A stretch of DNA of 64,000 bases, taken from the UHGV virus genome UHGV-1358930. One strand, given 5' to 3'. The position numbers and the translations under genes are program-made. Numbering within the stretch: position 1 is the stretch's first letter; the number at the start of each line of letters is the position of its first letter. Of this stretch, positions 19,484 to 28,745 are shown in pieces. This DNA is from a virus. The notes below the pieces were generated by a model. That model had not been told where the DNA came from and made no database searches. It saw only the letters and a list, made by a program, of their open reading frames with translations.

Positions 19484-20098
19484 ATGAGTAATCGCACATG
19501 TGAAAATCATCCGTATCGTGTTTCCGAAATGGTATACAGATCTGTTCCAGACACAGATAATCGACAACGATACATTGAGTATCTCAATAAGCATATTGAA
19601 GCAGTCAATACAGCATGGAACGATATACTGAAGCCTGATCTCATCAAGTACAGAAAAACTGTGGGTGAACTATCCGATGAATACATTTCAGATGGTGTAT
19701 TGAACAATATAACAAACAATATTAAGCATCACGATGCTACTTCGTTCATGCCTGATGAAATGAACGGTACAATGAATTCGCTGTTTCCTTCAGATTCAAG
19801 CAAAGATAACTCAGTTACAGCACATATGTATGAATGTGCAAGAAATCTACATTATTTAAGAAACAATCACCATTGGCAACACTGGTTAACTTTTAGATCC
19901 ATTGACGGAATTGGTCCAGTTGAAATGACATTCTCTGCTATTTGTCACATGTTATGTTACTATTCATCTTCGCAATTTACACAAGATAAATCAATGACTG
20001 CGCATCTTTGGTGGAGTTCTTTTGATCCTACAGATAGGATTCACCCTACTACTTGTGTCGAAATTGAAAGGTTACTTAGGATTTCACCTAAACTATAA
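19484..20098 (+). CDS. Hypothetical protein, paralog A (HHWQ motif family)
   Basis: RBS TGGAGGAAG. Shares NNHHWQHW and a C-terminal ERLLRISPKL with the next gene. Confidence 0.55.
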   Translation: MSNRTCENHPYRVSEMVYRSVPDTDNRQRYIEYLNKHIEAVNTAWNDILKPDLIKYRKTVGELSDEYISDGVLNNITNNIKHHDATSFMPDEMNGTMNSLFPSDSSKDNSVTAHMYECARNLHYLRNNHHWQHWLTFRSIDGIGPVEMTFSAICHMLCYYSSSQFTQDKSMTAHLWWSSFDPTDRIHPTTCVEIERLLRISPKL

Positions 20099-20122
20099 TC
20101 TATGACTGGAGAAATCAACTCT

Positions 20123-20659
20123 ATGAAAAGATATATCAGAGCATCATATAATCTTCGTCAGTCCGAATACAACGAGTATCTTATGAAGCACATAAACGGA
20201 GTAAAGACAGCGTGGCATGATATTCTATATCCTGCCATCCTTACCGAAAGCGATGAAGATGTTGAGCAGATTACAAAGGTACTGACGTTAATAGATAATC
20301 ACGATAAGTCAAAATATCAAGAAGATGAATACGATGCATATCTAAATTATTTCTATCCTGATAAGAATAACAAGAAAGATTCGAAAGCATTTGATATGGC
20401 TTGGCTACTACATCAAAAGCGGAATCCTCATCATTGGCAGTATTGGTGTCTCATTAGAGATGAAGGCGAAGTAGAAGCAATGGATATGCCGTTTGAGTAT
20501 ATTTGTGAAATGCTATGTGACTGGAGCTCGTTTCAATTTGCTGTGGATCCAAATTCAACTGCAAATAGCTGGTATGCTGCTAACAAAAATAAAATGATTC
20601 TATCTGATAAAACTAGAAAGGAAGTTGAACGACTTCTTGCTTTAGCACCTAAACTATAA
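20123..20659 (+). CDS. Hypothetical protein, paralog B (HHWQ motif family)
   Basis: ATG at 20123 after GGAGA. RNPHHWQYW and a C-terminal ERLLALAPKL. Track ORF starts at 20102. Confidence 0.5.
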   Translation: MKRYIRASYNLRQSEYNEYLMKHINGVKTAWHDILYPAILTESDEDVEQITKVLTLIDNHDKSKYQEDEYDAYLNYFYPDKNNKKDSKAFDMAWLLHQKRNPHHWQYWCLIRDEGEVEAMDMPFEYICEMLCDWSSFQFAVDPNSTANSWYAANKNKMILSDKTRKEVERLLALAPKL

Positions 20660-20671
20660 TAAGGTGATTAG

Positions 20672-22132
20672 ATGTTTAAACAATGTTTTGCAAATGTAGC
20701 CCTGGCAGGTGTATCGCTTACAGACTTCGGGCTCAAAATCCCGTCTCCATTTACATCATTATCGCTAAGTAATAGTGAAATATCGTCTATGACTCAATGG
20801 ACGCTAGAATGTATAGTAGGCGGAGATGATACAAATAGAATAAATGTCGCTGCATTTGAAGCTCTACTTTATCAATCAGCGCAGAATGCAAGTAATTATT
20901 CAAATTCATCTGGTATTCCTTGTTCATTCATATTTGGATGGCTCAATCCAGATGGCAGTATTGCTGAATCTTTGTCGTATCAGGGATACACGCTTACATT
21001 TAAAGTGTCTACTTCTGGCAGATACATGAAATATTCTATAACGGGATATGCATCACTTGCAATACAAACGAGTTTACCTGTACTTAGAATTCCAGAAGTG
21101 TCTGGAGTGGTTCAGCCTTCTGCTATTGTTGAGGGACTTGCTATCGCAGTGAAGGCAACAAATTACTATGATTTGGATATTGACCACAATGATTCACCTA
21201 CACTTGTGACTCATGGTGCGTTAACAACTTCGTTCAACAGATACGTCAGAGGTTCATACAACGGAAAAGACGACTATGTAAATTTTCCAGGACTCCTCAA
21301 ACTATCTAAATCTTATAATTCATCTAGAGACAGCGCAGGACTGAATACATACAAAGTAAATAAACTAAGTCAAGCAATAAATAATCGAAGCGTTTCTAAG
21401 CTTGACGATTTTTTGAAAACAAGCTTTACGGATACTAAGCCGCAGAGTAGTACATTTTCTTACTGGGTAGATGAACCCACAATGACCCAACGAGGCTGTA
21501 TACATTATAAGAGCAATGCAGGGTTAGTTGGAACACATCTAAAAGATACATTAGAATACGGCACAGCAAATACAAATGTATTGACACTTAGTGGTTCGTA
21601 TAATGGCGTCGCTTACAACATGACTGATATGAATTACACTCAAGTTGGATTCATCGTAGACGGTAGCGGCAACACAGTACTACAAGATGAGCAGGTCATA
21701 AACAGCTGGAGCAGTACATTAGCAGATGTGTTCCAATCTGCTAACATTGTAAATGACGTAAACGCTATCGCTTCTCAGTTCAGCGGAGATTTTACAGTAA
21801 CTGTTGCTGGAAGTACAAATAAATATGAAATTGCTCAGCCGATATCTCTTCTAGTAATGTCAGGTAATACAATATCTCCAATTACAGGAATATATAACAT
21901 AATATCTGTATCTCACGATATTGGAGCAACATTCATCACTACTTTGAAGCTACAAAGATTAGTCATGAGCACAGCTAATCAGGTCGCAGCAGGACAAAAC
22001 ATATTGATAAGAGGAAGCTCATCCTATCCTACATTATCATATGCAACAACTAAAAATATTGTATCGACTGGCAAAGTAGAGTTCGGAGATTTGTATCCAG
22101 ATTTCACACATCTTTCAACTTATGCAATGTAA
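20672..22132 (+). CDS. Virion structural protein (486 aa)
   Basis: RBS AAGGTGATTAG. In the tail module. Ser/Thr/Asn-rich beta-type composition. Confidence 0.5.
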   Translation: MFKQCFANVALAGVSLTDFGLKIPSPFTSLSLSNSEISSMTQWTLECIVGGDDTNRINVAAFEALLYQSAQNASNYSNSSGIPCSFIFGWLNPDGSIAESLSYQGYTLTFKVSTSGRYMKYSITGYASLAIQTSLPVLRIPEVSGVVQPSAIVEGLAIAVKATNYYDLDIDHNDSPTLVTHGALTTSFNRYVRGSYNGKDDYVNFPGLLKLSKSYNSSRDSAGLNTYKVNKLSQAINNRSVSKLDDFLKTSFTDTKPQSSTFSYWVDEPTMTQRGCIHYKSNAGLVGTHLKDTLEYGTANTNVLTLSGSYNGVAYNMTDMNYTQVGFIVDGSGNTVLQDEQVINSWSSTLADVFQSANIVNDVNAIASQFSGDFTVTVAGSTNKYEIAQPISLLVMSGNTISPITGIYNIISVSHDIGATFITTLKLQRLVMSTANQVAAGQNILIRGSSSYPTLSYATTKNIVSTGKVEFGDLYPDFTHLSTYAM

Positions 22133-22158
22133 ATATTTTATATACTGGTTGTGATAAC

Positions 22159-22716
22159 TTGATAATAAAGAACTGTAAACTAACTAATACCGATGTAACT
22201 TGGCCTGAGCGCGGTTCTGAACAAAGTTACGGAGAGTCCAATAAACTTATACATACAGGAGTAGACATTGCTTGCACCGACGTCTACTCCATTTGCGCAG
22301 GTACTGTGATAGAATGCAGTTACTACAATGTAGGATACATGATCGTTATTCAATATAACAGCGAAATATTTTTGAAATATATCGTTCAGAGTAAACCAGA
22401 AGTAAGCTGTGGAGATGTTGTACAGTCTGGACAGCACATAGCAAAAACAGATAAATTTATGCACTTAGAGTATTTACGAACAGATGGTGGAGACATTGGA
22501 ACTGTTGTAATTTATAGGGACATCGCGTTACATCCTAACGACCCTATTCATTTATTTGATGGTTCAGTGACGTTTCGTGATTATGCTATTGATAGATCAA
22601 AATCAGAACCAGCAATTGACGGATTATATGAAACTAAAGTGATTACAAAGCTAGAAGACATTACAAACTCTGCGCTACAAGAATTTATCAGCATGGGTCA
22701 GAACAGAGGAGAGTAA
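22159..22716 (+). CDS. M23/LytM-family peptidase (tail-associated lysin)
   Basis: HxxxD motif IHTGVDIA and the second His motif MHLEY. TTG start. Confidence 0.6.
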   Translation: MIIKNCKLTNTDVTWPERGSEQSYGESNKLIHTGVDIACTDVYSICAGTVIECSYYNVGYMIVIQYNSEIFLKYIVQSKPEVSCGDVVQSGQHIAKTDKFMHLEYLRTDGGDIGTVVIYRDIALHPNDPIHLFDGSVTFRDYAIDRSKSEPAIDGLYETKVITKLEDITNSALQEFISMGQNRGE

Positions 22717-22718
22717 CT

Positions 22719-23912
22719 ATGCCAAAGTACAGTAACAGTTCATTAGTCACTTACAAGAAGCTCTCTCCTATGTGTAGTTCCAGGATAATAGATTCTAATC
22801 CAACCGGTAAGATTGACACGATTACAATTCATCATATGGCTGGAAATCTGTCTATCGAGGCTTGTGGAGAGGTTTTTCAAAACAGAGAAGCTTCGTCTAA
22901 TTATGGAATTGGATCTGATGGGCGCGTTGGACTCTACGTAGATGAGTCAATGCGATCTTGGGCTTCATGTAGTCCTGCAAATGATTCAAGAGCAGTTACT
23001 ATCGAAGTTGCTAATAGCGTAGCTGGAGGAGAATGGCCAGTTAGCAAAACAGCTTATAATGTTTTGATAAAGCTGTGCGCAGATATTTGTAAGCGGAACA
23101 ACATAAAACGTCTCAATTATACTGGTAATAAATCTGGGAACTTGACCATGCACAAGTGGTTCGCAGAGACTGCTTGCCCTGGTCCTTATCTTTCTGCGAG
23201 ATTCGCAGATATTGCTACACAAGTAAATCGACTATTAGCTAATCCAACATATCAAGTTAAGTCAGCGCCTAGCTCCTTTTCTGACGGCGGTAATTCTGCT
23301 GATGCTGTAGATACTGCGACTGCTTACGATGCAGCTGTTAGCGGAGGTATACTTCCTCCGAAGACAGATATAACACCATACATAGTCACGATAAATCAAC
23401 ATGCAACAGCTATAAATTTCGATAAGCTAAAGGAGCTAGGTGTAATCGGTGTAGTTGTTGAAATTGGAAGTTTATTTGATGTAGGTCATAATCGTAAAGC
23501 TTTTAGAAATCCTAATTTGATTAAACAGGTAAACTGGGTGAATGACGCTGAACTCATGTGTGGCTTGTATTTCAACGCTCGGGCGCAAGATATATCTGAA
23601 GCAAAGGATGAAATGCAAGAACTATATCTTGCTATCAAGTCGCTTCATCCAAACTTAGGGTTATGGGTCATCCCTACATTTAGTTTAAATAAAACTAAAA
23701 ACAACGAAATATATAAGTACTATCAGAAATGTTTTGTTCAGATGGGACTAAAAGGCCAAATAGGCATATATACAAAACGATCTGAGATAAAAAAGTTTGA
23801 CTGGAAAACATTTAGCGAAGACTGGTACTTGTGGATTGATGAGCATATAAACAAGTTTGACAATGTAACTGAGTTATTAGTTCCGTCATTCTTTGCTCTT
23901 GATAAAAATTGA
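22719..23912 (+). CDS. N-acetylmuramoyl-L-alanine amidase (Amidase_2/PGRP fold) with C-terminal extension; virion-associated
   Basis: ITIHHMAGN...NYGIGSDGRV...CPGPYL amidase_2 signature. RBS AGAGGAGAG. Confidence 0.7.
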   Translation: MPKYSNSSLVTYKKLSPMCSSRIIDSNPTGKIDTITIHHMAGNLSIEACGEVFQNREASSNYGIGSDGRVGLYVDESMRSWASCSPANDSRAVTIEVANSVAGGEWPVSKTAYNVLIKLCADICKRNNIKRLNYTGNKSGNLTMHKWFAETACPGPYLSARFADIATQVNRLLANPTYQVKSAPSSFSDGGNSADAVDTATAYDAAVSGGILPPKTDITPYIVTINQHATAINFDKLKELGVIGVVVEIGSLFDVGHNRKAFRNPNLIKQVNWVNDAELMCGLYFNARAQDISEAKDEMQELYLAIKSLHPNLGLWVIPTFSLNKTKNNEIYKYYQKCFVQMGLKGQIGIYTKRSEIKKFDWKTFSEDWYLWIDEHINKFDNVTELLVPSFFALDKN

Positions 23913-23925
23913 ATAGGAGTTGATA

Positions 23926-24390
23926 ATGATGAATATTATCAATAATCGAATACCATCAGGTAACTGCTTTATTGGAGATACAGAATTCATAACAAAACAC
24001 GGCATCATAAACATGAAAGATCATGTCGGAGAAATTCATGAGGTATATTCGCTAGAGGGTGAATGGCGTTCTGCAGTAGTCATGTACTTTGGTAAGGGTA
24101 ATATCTGGAGTGTTAAATTGTCCAATGGCAGTGAGCATCTGTGCACAGATACGCATGATTGGATTGTGAAGACACATTCAGATGAATACAAACGAATTCG
24201 CACATCTGATATATGGCCATTCATGATACTTCCTACTATAGATAAGGAGTTTGTTTATGTTAAGAGTATTGAAAATCTCAATAAGACAGCTGATACGTAT
24301 TGTCTTGTTCAGCCTCATTCTCATTCTTTTACGTTAAGTGACGGAGTAATAACAGGTAACTGTACTTGTGATCTAAGCAGAGATACGTGA
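23926..24390 (+). CDS. Free-standing Hint/mini-intein domain protein (about 132-aa Hint core flanked by 13-aa and 9-aa extein-like tails)
   Basis: Block A CFIGDTEF. Block B GSEHLCTDTHDWIVKT (TxxH). Blocks F/G DTYCLVQPHSHSFTLSDGVITGN followed by +1 Cys. Own RBS AGGAG 6 nt before the ATG. Confidence 0.6.
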   Translation: MMNIINNRIPSGNCFIGDTEFITKHGIINMKDHVGEIHEVYSLEGEWRSAVVMYFGKGNIWSVKLSNGSEHLCTDTHDWIVKTHSDEYKRIRTSDIWPFMILPTIDKEFVYVKSIENLNKTADTYCLVQPHSHSFTLSDGVITGNCTCDLSRDT

Positions 24391-24392
24391 TT

Positions 24393-26069
24393 ATGAGCTT
24401 CACAGAAAGAACAACTGGCCCAGCTAGAAGCGGTACAAAGTATTGGCATACAGATAATCCATTTTATCCTGCGTATGGTATGCCAAACTGCACTGCCTAT
24501 GCCTGGGGCAGATTTTATGAAATACTAGGGCAGAAGCCTAAACTATATACAGGTAACGCAGGTACTTGGTACGCTCATACAGAAGACGGATACAAGCGAG
24601 GTAAAGAGCCTGCTTTAGGTGCTGTAATATGTTTTAGCCGACCTGGAGACGCAGGGCACGTTGCAATCGTAGAAAAGATAAACGCAGATGGATCTATAGT
24701 TACATCAGATAGCGGATGGGGAAGCTCAAATTGGTGGTGGAGAATGACTCGTACACCTCCTAGATATAATAATGATGATAGCGGTTTGGTGTTCCAGGGA
24801 TTCATCTACAATCCTGCTGCTGCTAACGCTTCTAATGTTACATCTGATTTTATCGCTGCTGCACAATCACAGATAGGTAAGGATGGAACATGGTCTTGGA
24901 AAACTTCAGGATTAGCTGTAGGTCAGCCCTGGTGTGCTGCTTTCGTCGTAGCTTGTGCAAAAACGGCTGGAATACTTGGAAAAATAATTCCGGTAACTTA
25001 CGGAGCAGGCGAAATTCCTCGACAAGGTGTTAAGAAGAATTGGGGAACCTGGTATTCAGGTCCGTATTGGGGAACAAATTTCAAACCTCAATGCGGAGAT
25101 ATAATATTGTTCCGATGGGATGATAGATCAGCTTACGCTGGATATGATAAATACCTGTCAGACCATGTAGGCATTGTAGAAAAAGTAAAGGGCAACCTCG
25201 TAACAACAATTGAAGGAAATTCAGGTTCTGGTGATAGTAACTATGCTAGAAGAGTAAATAGAGTTGAGTATAAGTATACATCAACTTGCATAAATGGATA
25301 TTATCGTCCAGACTGGGCAAAATGCGGAGGATCTGCTGCGGGAGCCGGATCTGGATACTACATGGGCGCGTTGTATGATTCTGAAAATACTAAACAAGAT
25401 GCTATAATTCGAGAGATTGGATATGTAAATTCTGCCTGGGAACCTTCTATCAACTCATCGAATATTAGACTATCTGCTGTAAATTACACCGCTTTGTTCT
25501 CTGCTTTGTTTGAGGCAGGTAAATCAACATTAGGCGGATATGAATATCAAGCTTCTGACGTCGATCTAAAAGATACAGATGCTGTAGCGAGAGAAATCGT
25601 GAAATTCTGTATGAGTAAAGGCATGAATGCTGCTGGAGGAATTGGTATTGTAGCTAATGTAAACGGCGAATGTGGACTAGACATCAGCTTGAGCGGAACA
25701 GACAGCAATGGCCTTACTTCTGGCGGAATGTGTATGTGGAACGGAGCTAACTGGAGGCGGTTCCTCGAATATTGCGGACCGGATTGGAAGACTAACTTAA
25801 CAAAACAGTGTGAGTTCCTATTTTATTTTATGGAACATATTGAAAACGGTTTCCTGAATTATCAAGTCCATAGATACTACGGCACAAACTGCAGCTTACT
25901 TGAATATTTGTGTCAAGTTCCTAATACGGAAGCAGGAGCAATCAAAGCAACTGAAATATTTGTTTATTGCTACGAGAATCCTGCTGACCCTGCCGGTGAA
26001 AGTCGAAGACGCGGTAAATATGCTTCTCAATTCTGGAAGAAGCTGAGCCCGATATTGAAGAAAGGATAG
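24393..26069 (+). CDS. Dual CHAP-domain peptidoglycan hydrolase with a C-terminal domain (tail lysin)
   Basis: CHAP 1: NCTAYAWGRFY ... GHVAIVEKI. CHAP 2: QPWCAAFVVACAKTAG ... DHVGIVEKV. Start is the ATG right after the upstream TGA. Confidence 0.65.
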   Translation: MSFTERTTGPARSGTKYWHTDNPFYPAYGMPNCTAYAWGRFYEILGQKPKLYTGNAGTWYAHTEDGYKRGKEPALGAVICFSRPGDAGHVAIVEKINADGSIVTSDSGWGSSNWWWRMTRTPPRYNNDDSGLVFQGFIYNPAAANASNVTSDFIAAAQSQIGKDGTWSWKTSGLAVGQPWCAAFVVACAKTAGILGKIIPVTYGAGEIPRQGVKKNWGTWYSGPYWGTNFKPQCGDIILFRWDDRSAYAGYDKYLSDHVGIVEKVKGNLVTTIEGNSGSGDSNYARRVNRVEYKYTSTCINGYYRPDWAKCGGSAAGAGSGYYMGALYDSENTKQDAIIREIGYVNSAWEPSINSSNIRLSAVNYTALFSALFEAGKSTLGGYEYQASDVDLKDTDAVAREIVKFCMSKGMNAAGGIGIVANVNGECGLDISLSGTDSNGLTSGGMCMWNGANWRRFLEYCGPDWKTNLTKQCEFLFYFMEHIENGFLNYQVHRYYGTNCSLLEYLCQVPNTEAGAIKATEIFVYCYENPADPAGESRRRGKYASQFWKKLSPILKKG

Positions 26070-26074
26070 TATCA

Positions 26075-26371
26075 ATGATTGTATATGGATATGCAATGCA
26101 GTACCAATACACAAGCGAAGGTACTTTGTTGATTCAGGTCAGAATCCCGTCTATTCATGGCCCGATGAATAAGTCTGAATACAAAGGAAAATCCGTTAGA
26201 AACTATACAAGCGACGAAAACCTACCTTGGTATCCTTCATTGCTACTATCAGTTACCCCCGCTAAGGGTCAAGTAGTTGCATTATCGTCTCTAAATGAAA
26301 CTTCTAACAGCTTTCTGGTTTTAGGCTTGACTGGCGGTCAATATTCTACTAGAGGATTTTCTCAAATATAG
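26075..26371 (+). CDS. Small baseplate/spike-associated protein (gpV/gp45-like size class)
   Basis: RBS AAAGGATAG. 98 aa, beta-rich. Position before the gp25-like gene. Confidence 0.4.
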   Translation: MIVYGYAMQYQYTSEGTLLIQVRIPSIHGPMNKSEYKGKSVRNYTSDENLPWYPSLLLSVTPAKGQVVALSSLNETSNSFLVLGLTGGQYSTRGFSQI

Positions 26372-26387
26372 GTAGGAGATGTAATAC

Positions 26388-26828
26388 ATGAAAACTTCGT
26401 CTATAGCATGGCCTAAGATGTTTGACATTTCTAGAAACAAATTGGCTGTATATGAAGATAACAGATCTGTAGTAAATCGAACAAAGCTTTTGATGCTGTC
26501 CGATCCTACAGAGCTTTATATGGAACCAAATTTTGGTGTAGGATTGAAAAAATACTTATGGCAATACAATAACGATAATCAAAAAGCTAGAATAAAAGAC
26601 GATATCATTTCTCAGCTTAGGTTACATGAACCATGCTGTATTCCAGAGGATACTCAATTTGCTGATGGTTTGCTATACACGGGTACAAGCGATGTGCAAA
26701 CTGTGAAGGACGAGCAGCAATCGTTGAAGATGACGGTTGCCATCAAAACAACTTTTAGCACAGTAGCAAACATAAATACATCTGATCTACAAGCTAGAAT
26801 AGATTACATCAATGCATCTGGAAATTAG
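26388..26828 (+). CDS. Baseplate wedge protein, gp25/GPW-like
   Basis: IAWPKMFD...NRTKLLMLSDPTELYMEPNFGVGL...HEPCCI resembles the gp25/W family. RBS TAGGAGATG. Confidence 0.55.
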   Translation: MKTSSIAWPKMFDISRNKLAVYEDNRSVVNRTKLLMLSDPTELYMEPNFGVGLKKYLWQYNNDNQKARIKDDIISQLRLHEPCCIPEDTQFADGLLYTGTSDVQTVKDEQQSLKMTVAIKTTFSTVANINTSDLQARIDYINASGN

Positions 26829-26851
26829 TTATCATAGGAGGCGTAACATAA

Positions 26852-28735
26852 ATGGCAGATAATGGATTGATAAATTATACTAGTAGAGACTACGAATCGT
26901 TGGTATCCGAATTCTTCAAGATTGTCCCCGCGTTGACAGAACTTTGGAAACCTGAAGCGGATGCAGATCCAGGCGTCGTGCTAGGAAAGTATCTCGCTGG
27001 TATCGGAAATATGCTGTCGATAAATCTAGATTTCATGGCAAATGAGGTATACGCACCCTCAGTCTCTTTGCGAAAGAATGCAGAGAAGCTATTCTCGCTT
27101 ATTGGATATGACTTAGGGTTCTACACAGCCGCACGAACTGAAGTCACATTTACAAATTCATCTACAAAATCAATGTCAATTGATTTTGGATTCAACGGAA
27201 GTAATTTCTCTACACTGAACGCATATACAGATATTACTAATCAATCCAGAGTCATAACGTACAATATTTTGCCGTTAACTAACAAGTATGGAACAAAAGA
27301 GTCTAGAAGCCAACGCAGCGTGCTCACGGAGAACGTGAATGTCTTTGTTAACTCTGATTCAGTTCAATTAGCTCCTGGTGATAGCTGTACACGAGTTGCA
27401 ATTGAAGGCGAGCTTAGGAGTTACAGTGTTTCGGTAGATAAGATAAAATCTAGCAACTACATAATCAAATTACCTTCTCAACATATTGATACTACCGCAA
27501 TTTGGGTCAAAGCTAAAACAAGTCAAACTGCAGATGACTTCTTATCAACACAGTGGATACAGTGCAACAGCCCTGCTGAATTTATCCAGCCTGAGCCTAG
27601 ATTCTCTGTAACATATGATAACTACTCAAATGCACAGATTCAGTTCTCTAACTATTTGAATCAGCTAGAAAATTATGACAAAAACTGGATAACGGTATAT
27701 TGGATTGACTGTTCAGGTGTGATAGGATGCGTAGGCGAGAATGTTCTACAAGATTTGCTTCTCGCTAAACCTAATCAGGGTATTAGTACAGATGCTGGTG
27801 AACTCACCATATCTAATCTATCTAATACAGTAGAGCTACCGCATAGTCATACAGTAACTGGTAGAAGCCCCGAAACTGCAAGAGAAGCTTATCTGAATAG
27901 CCGAAACTACATAAATACATTCGACAGTCTAGTTACACTTCCAGATTTCAATAGATTTTTGAACAGAGAACCTGGAGTAGACTGCGGACTAGTATTAGAT
28001 TGTCAAAAAGCTTTAGAGATCAACATGGCGATATACAACAATCAAAATCTGACGGCAAGCCAGAAATCTAAGATGTATATCACAAAGTATGATTTTCCTG
28101 AGGGTGATGCTACGTTTGATTGGGGAAAAGTGTTGAACTTAGATTTTGATCCTACCGATCCAAATAAGTTCGTGTTCGCAGCCAACTTCAAACAGTATAC
28201 CGCGATGTGTTTTGCTGTACACAATGATTTCCTCTCTAGTAATTATGGATCGGGTCAGGTAACCAAAGCTCAAATTCGTAAGCAAACTACCTTTACTCGA
28301 TACAAGCCGCCAATTCAATTCATAGATAACGTCAAACGAGATTATAAACCGCTACAAGCGATGACGGTAGACATAGATTTCGGATGGTTGAGATTATTCG
28401 ACTTCTACATAGTAGGTACAATCACACCAAAAAAGTCTCTGGATAAAGATACAGCTGCAGTCATCATCAACAAAGTTAAAGAGGATCTATCTATCTACTT
28501 TGCTCCTGCTAGCAGACAGATTGGAGTAAAGCCCACATTGATGGAGATAATTGATGTTGTAGAAAACGCAGATAGCCGCATTCGTCATTTTGATCCAGGT
28601 AGCGCAAAAACACTAGGCATTGTTTGGAGTGATTGCGATATTGAATATTTCAATCCAATTAGCTTTGCTAGATATAGACCAGATGCCGGATCATCTATGA
28701 ACATACGAATCAATCCTGAATACTTAAACTCCTAA
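26852..28735 (+). CDS. Baseplate J-like protein (gp6/gpJ family)
   Basis: N-terminal INYTSRDYESLVSEF...GVVLGKYLAGIGNML...YAPSVSLRKNAEKLFSLIGYDLGFYTAARTEV fits Baseplate_J. RBS TAGGAGGCG. Confidence 0.6.
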   Translation: MADNGLINYTSRDYESLVSEFFKIVPALTELWKPEADADPGVVLGKYLAGIGNMLSINLDFMANEVYAPSVSLRKNAEKLFSLIGYDLGFYTAARTEVTFTNSSTKSMSIDFGFNGSNFSTLNAYTDITNQSRVITYNILPLTNKYGTKESRSQRSVLTENVNVFVNSDSVQLAPGDSCTRVAIEGELRSYSVSVDKIKSSNYIIKLPSQHIDTTAIWVKAKTSQTADDFLSTQWIQCNSPAEFIQPEPRFSVTYDNYSNAQIQFSNYLNQLENYDKNWITVYWIDCSGVIGCVGENVLQDLLLAKPNQGISTDAGELTISNLSNTVELPHSHTVTGRSPETAREAYLNSRNYINTFDSLVTLPDFNRFLNREPGVDCGLVLDCQKALEINMAIYNNQNLTASQKSKMYITKYDFPEGDATFDWGKVLNLDFDPTDPNKFVFAANFKQYTAMCFAVHNDFLSSNYGSGQVTKAQIRKQTTFTRYKPPIQFIDNVKRDYKPLQAMTVDIDFGWLRLFDFYIVGTITPKKSLDKDTAAVIINKVKEDLSIYFAPASRQIGVKPTLMEIIDVVENADSRIRHFDPGSAKTLGIVWSDCDIEYFNPISFARYRPDAGSSMNIRINPEYLNS

Positions 28736-28745
28736 GCTGAGGTAG

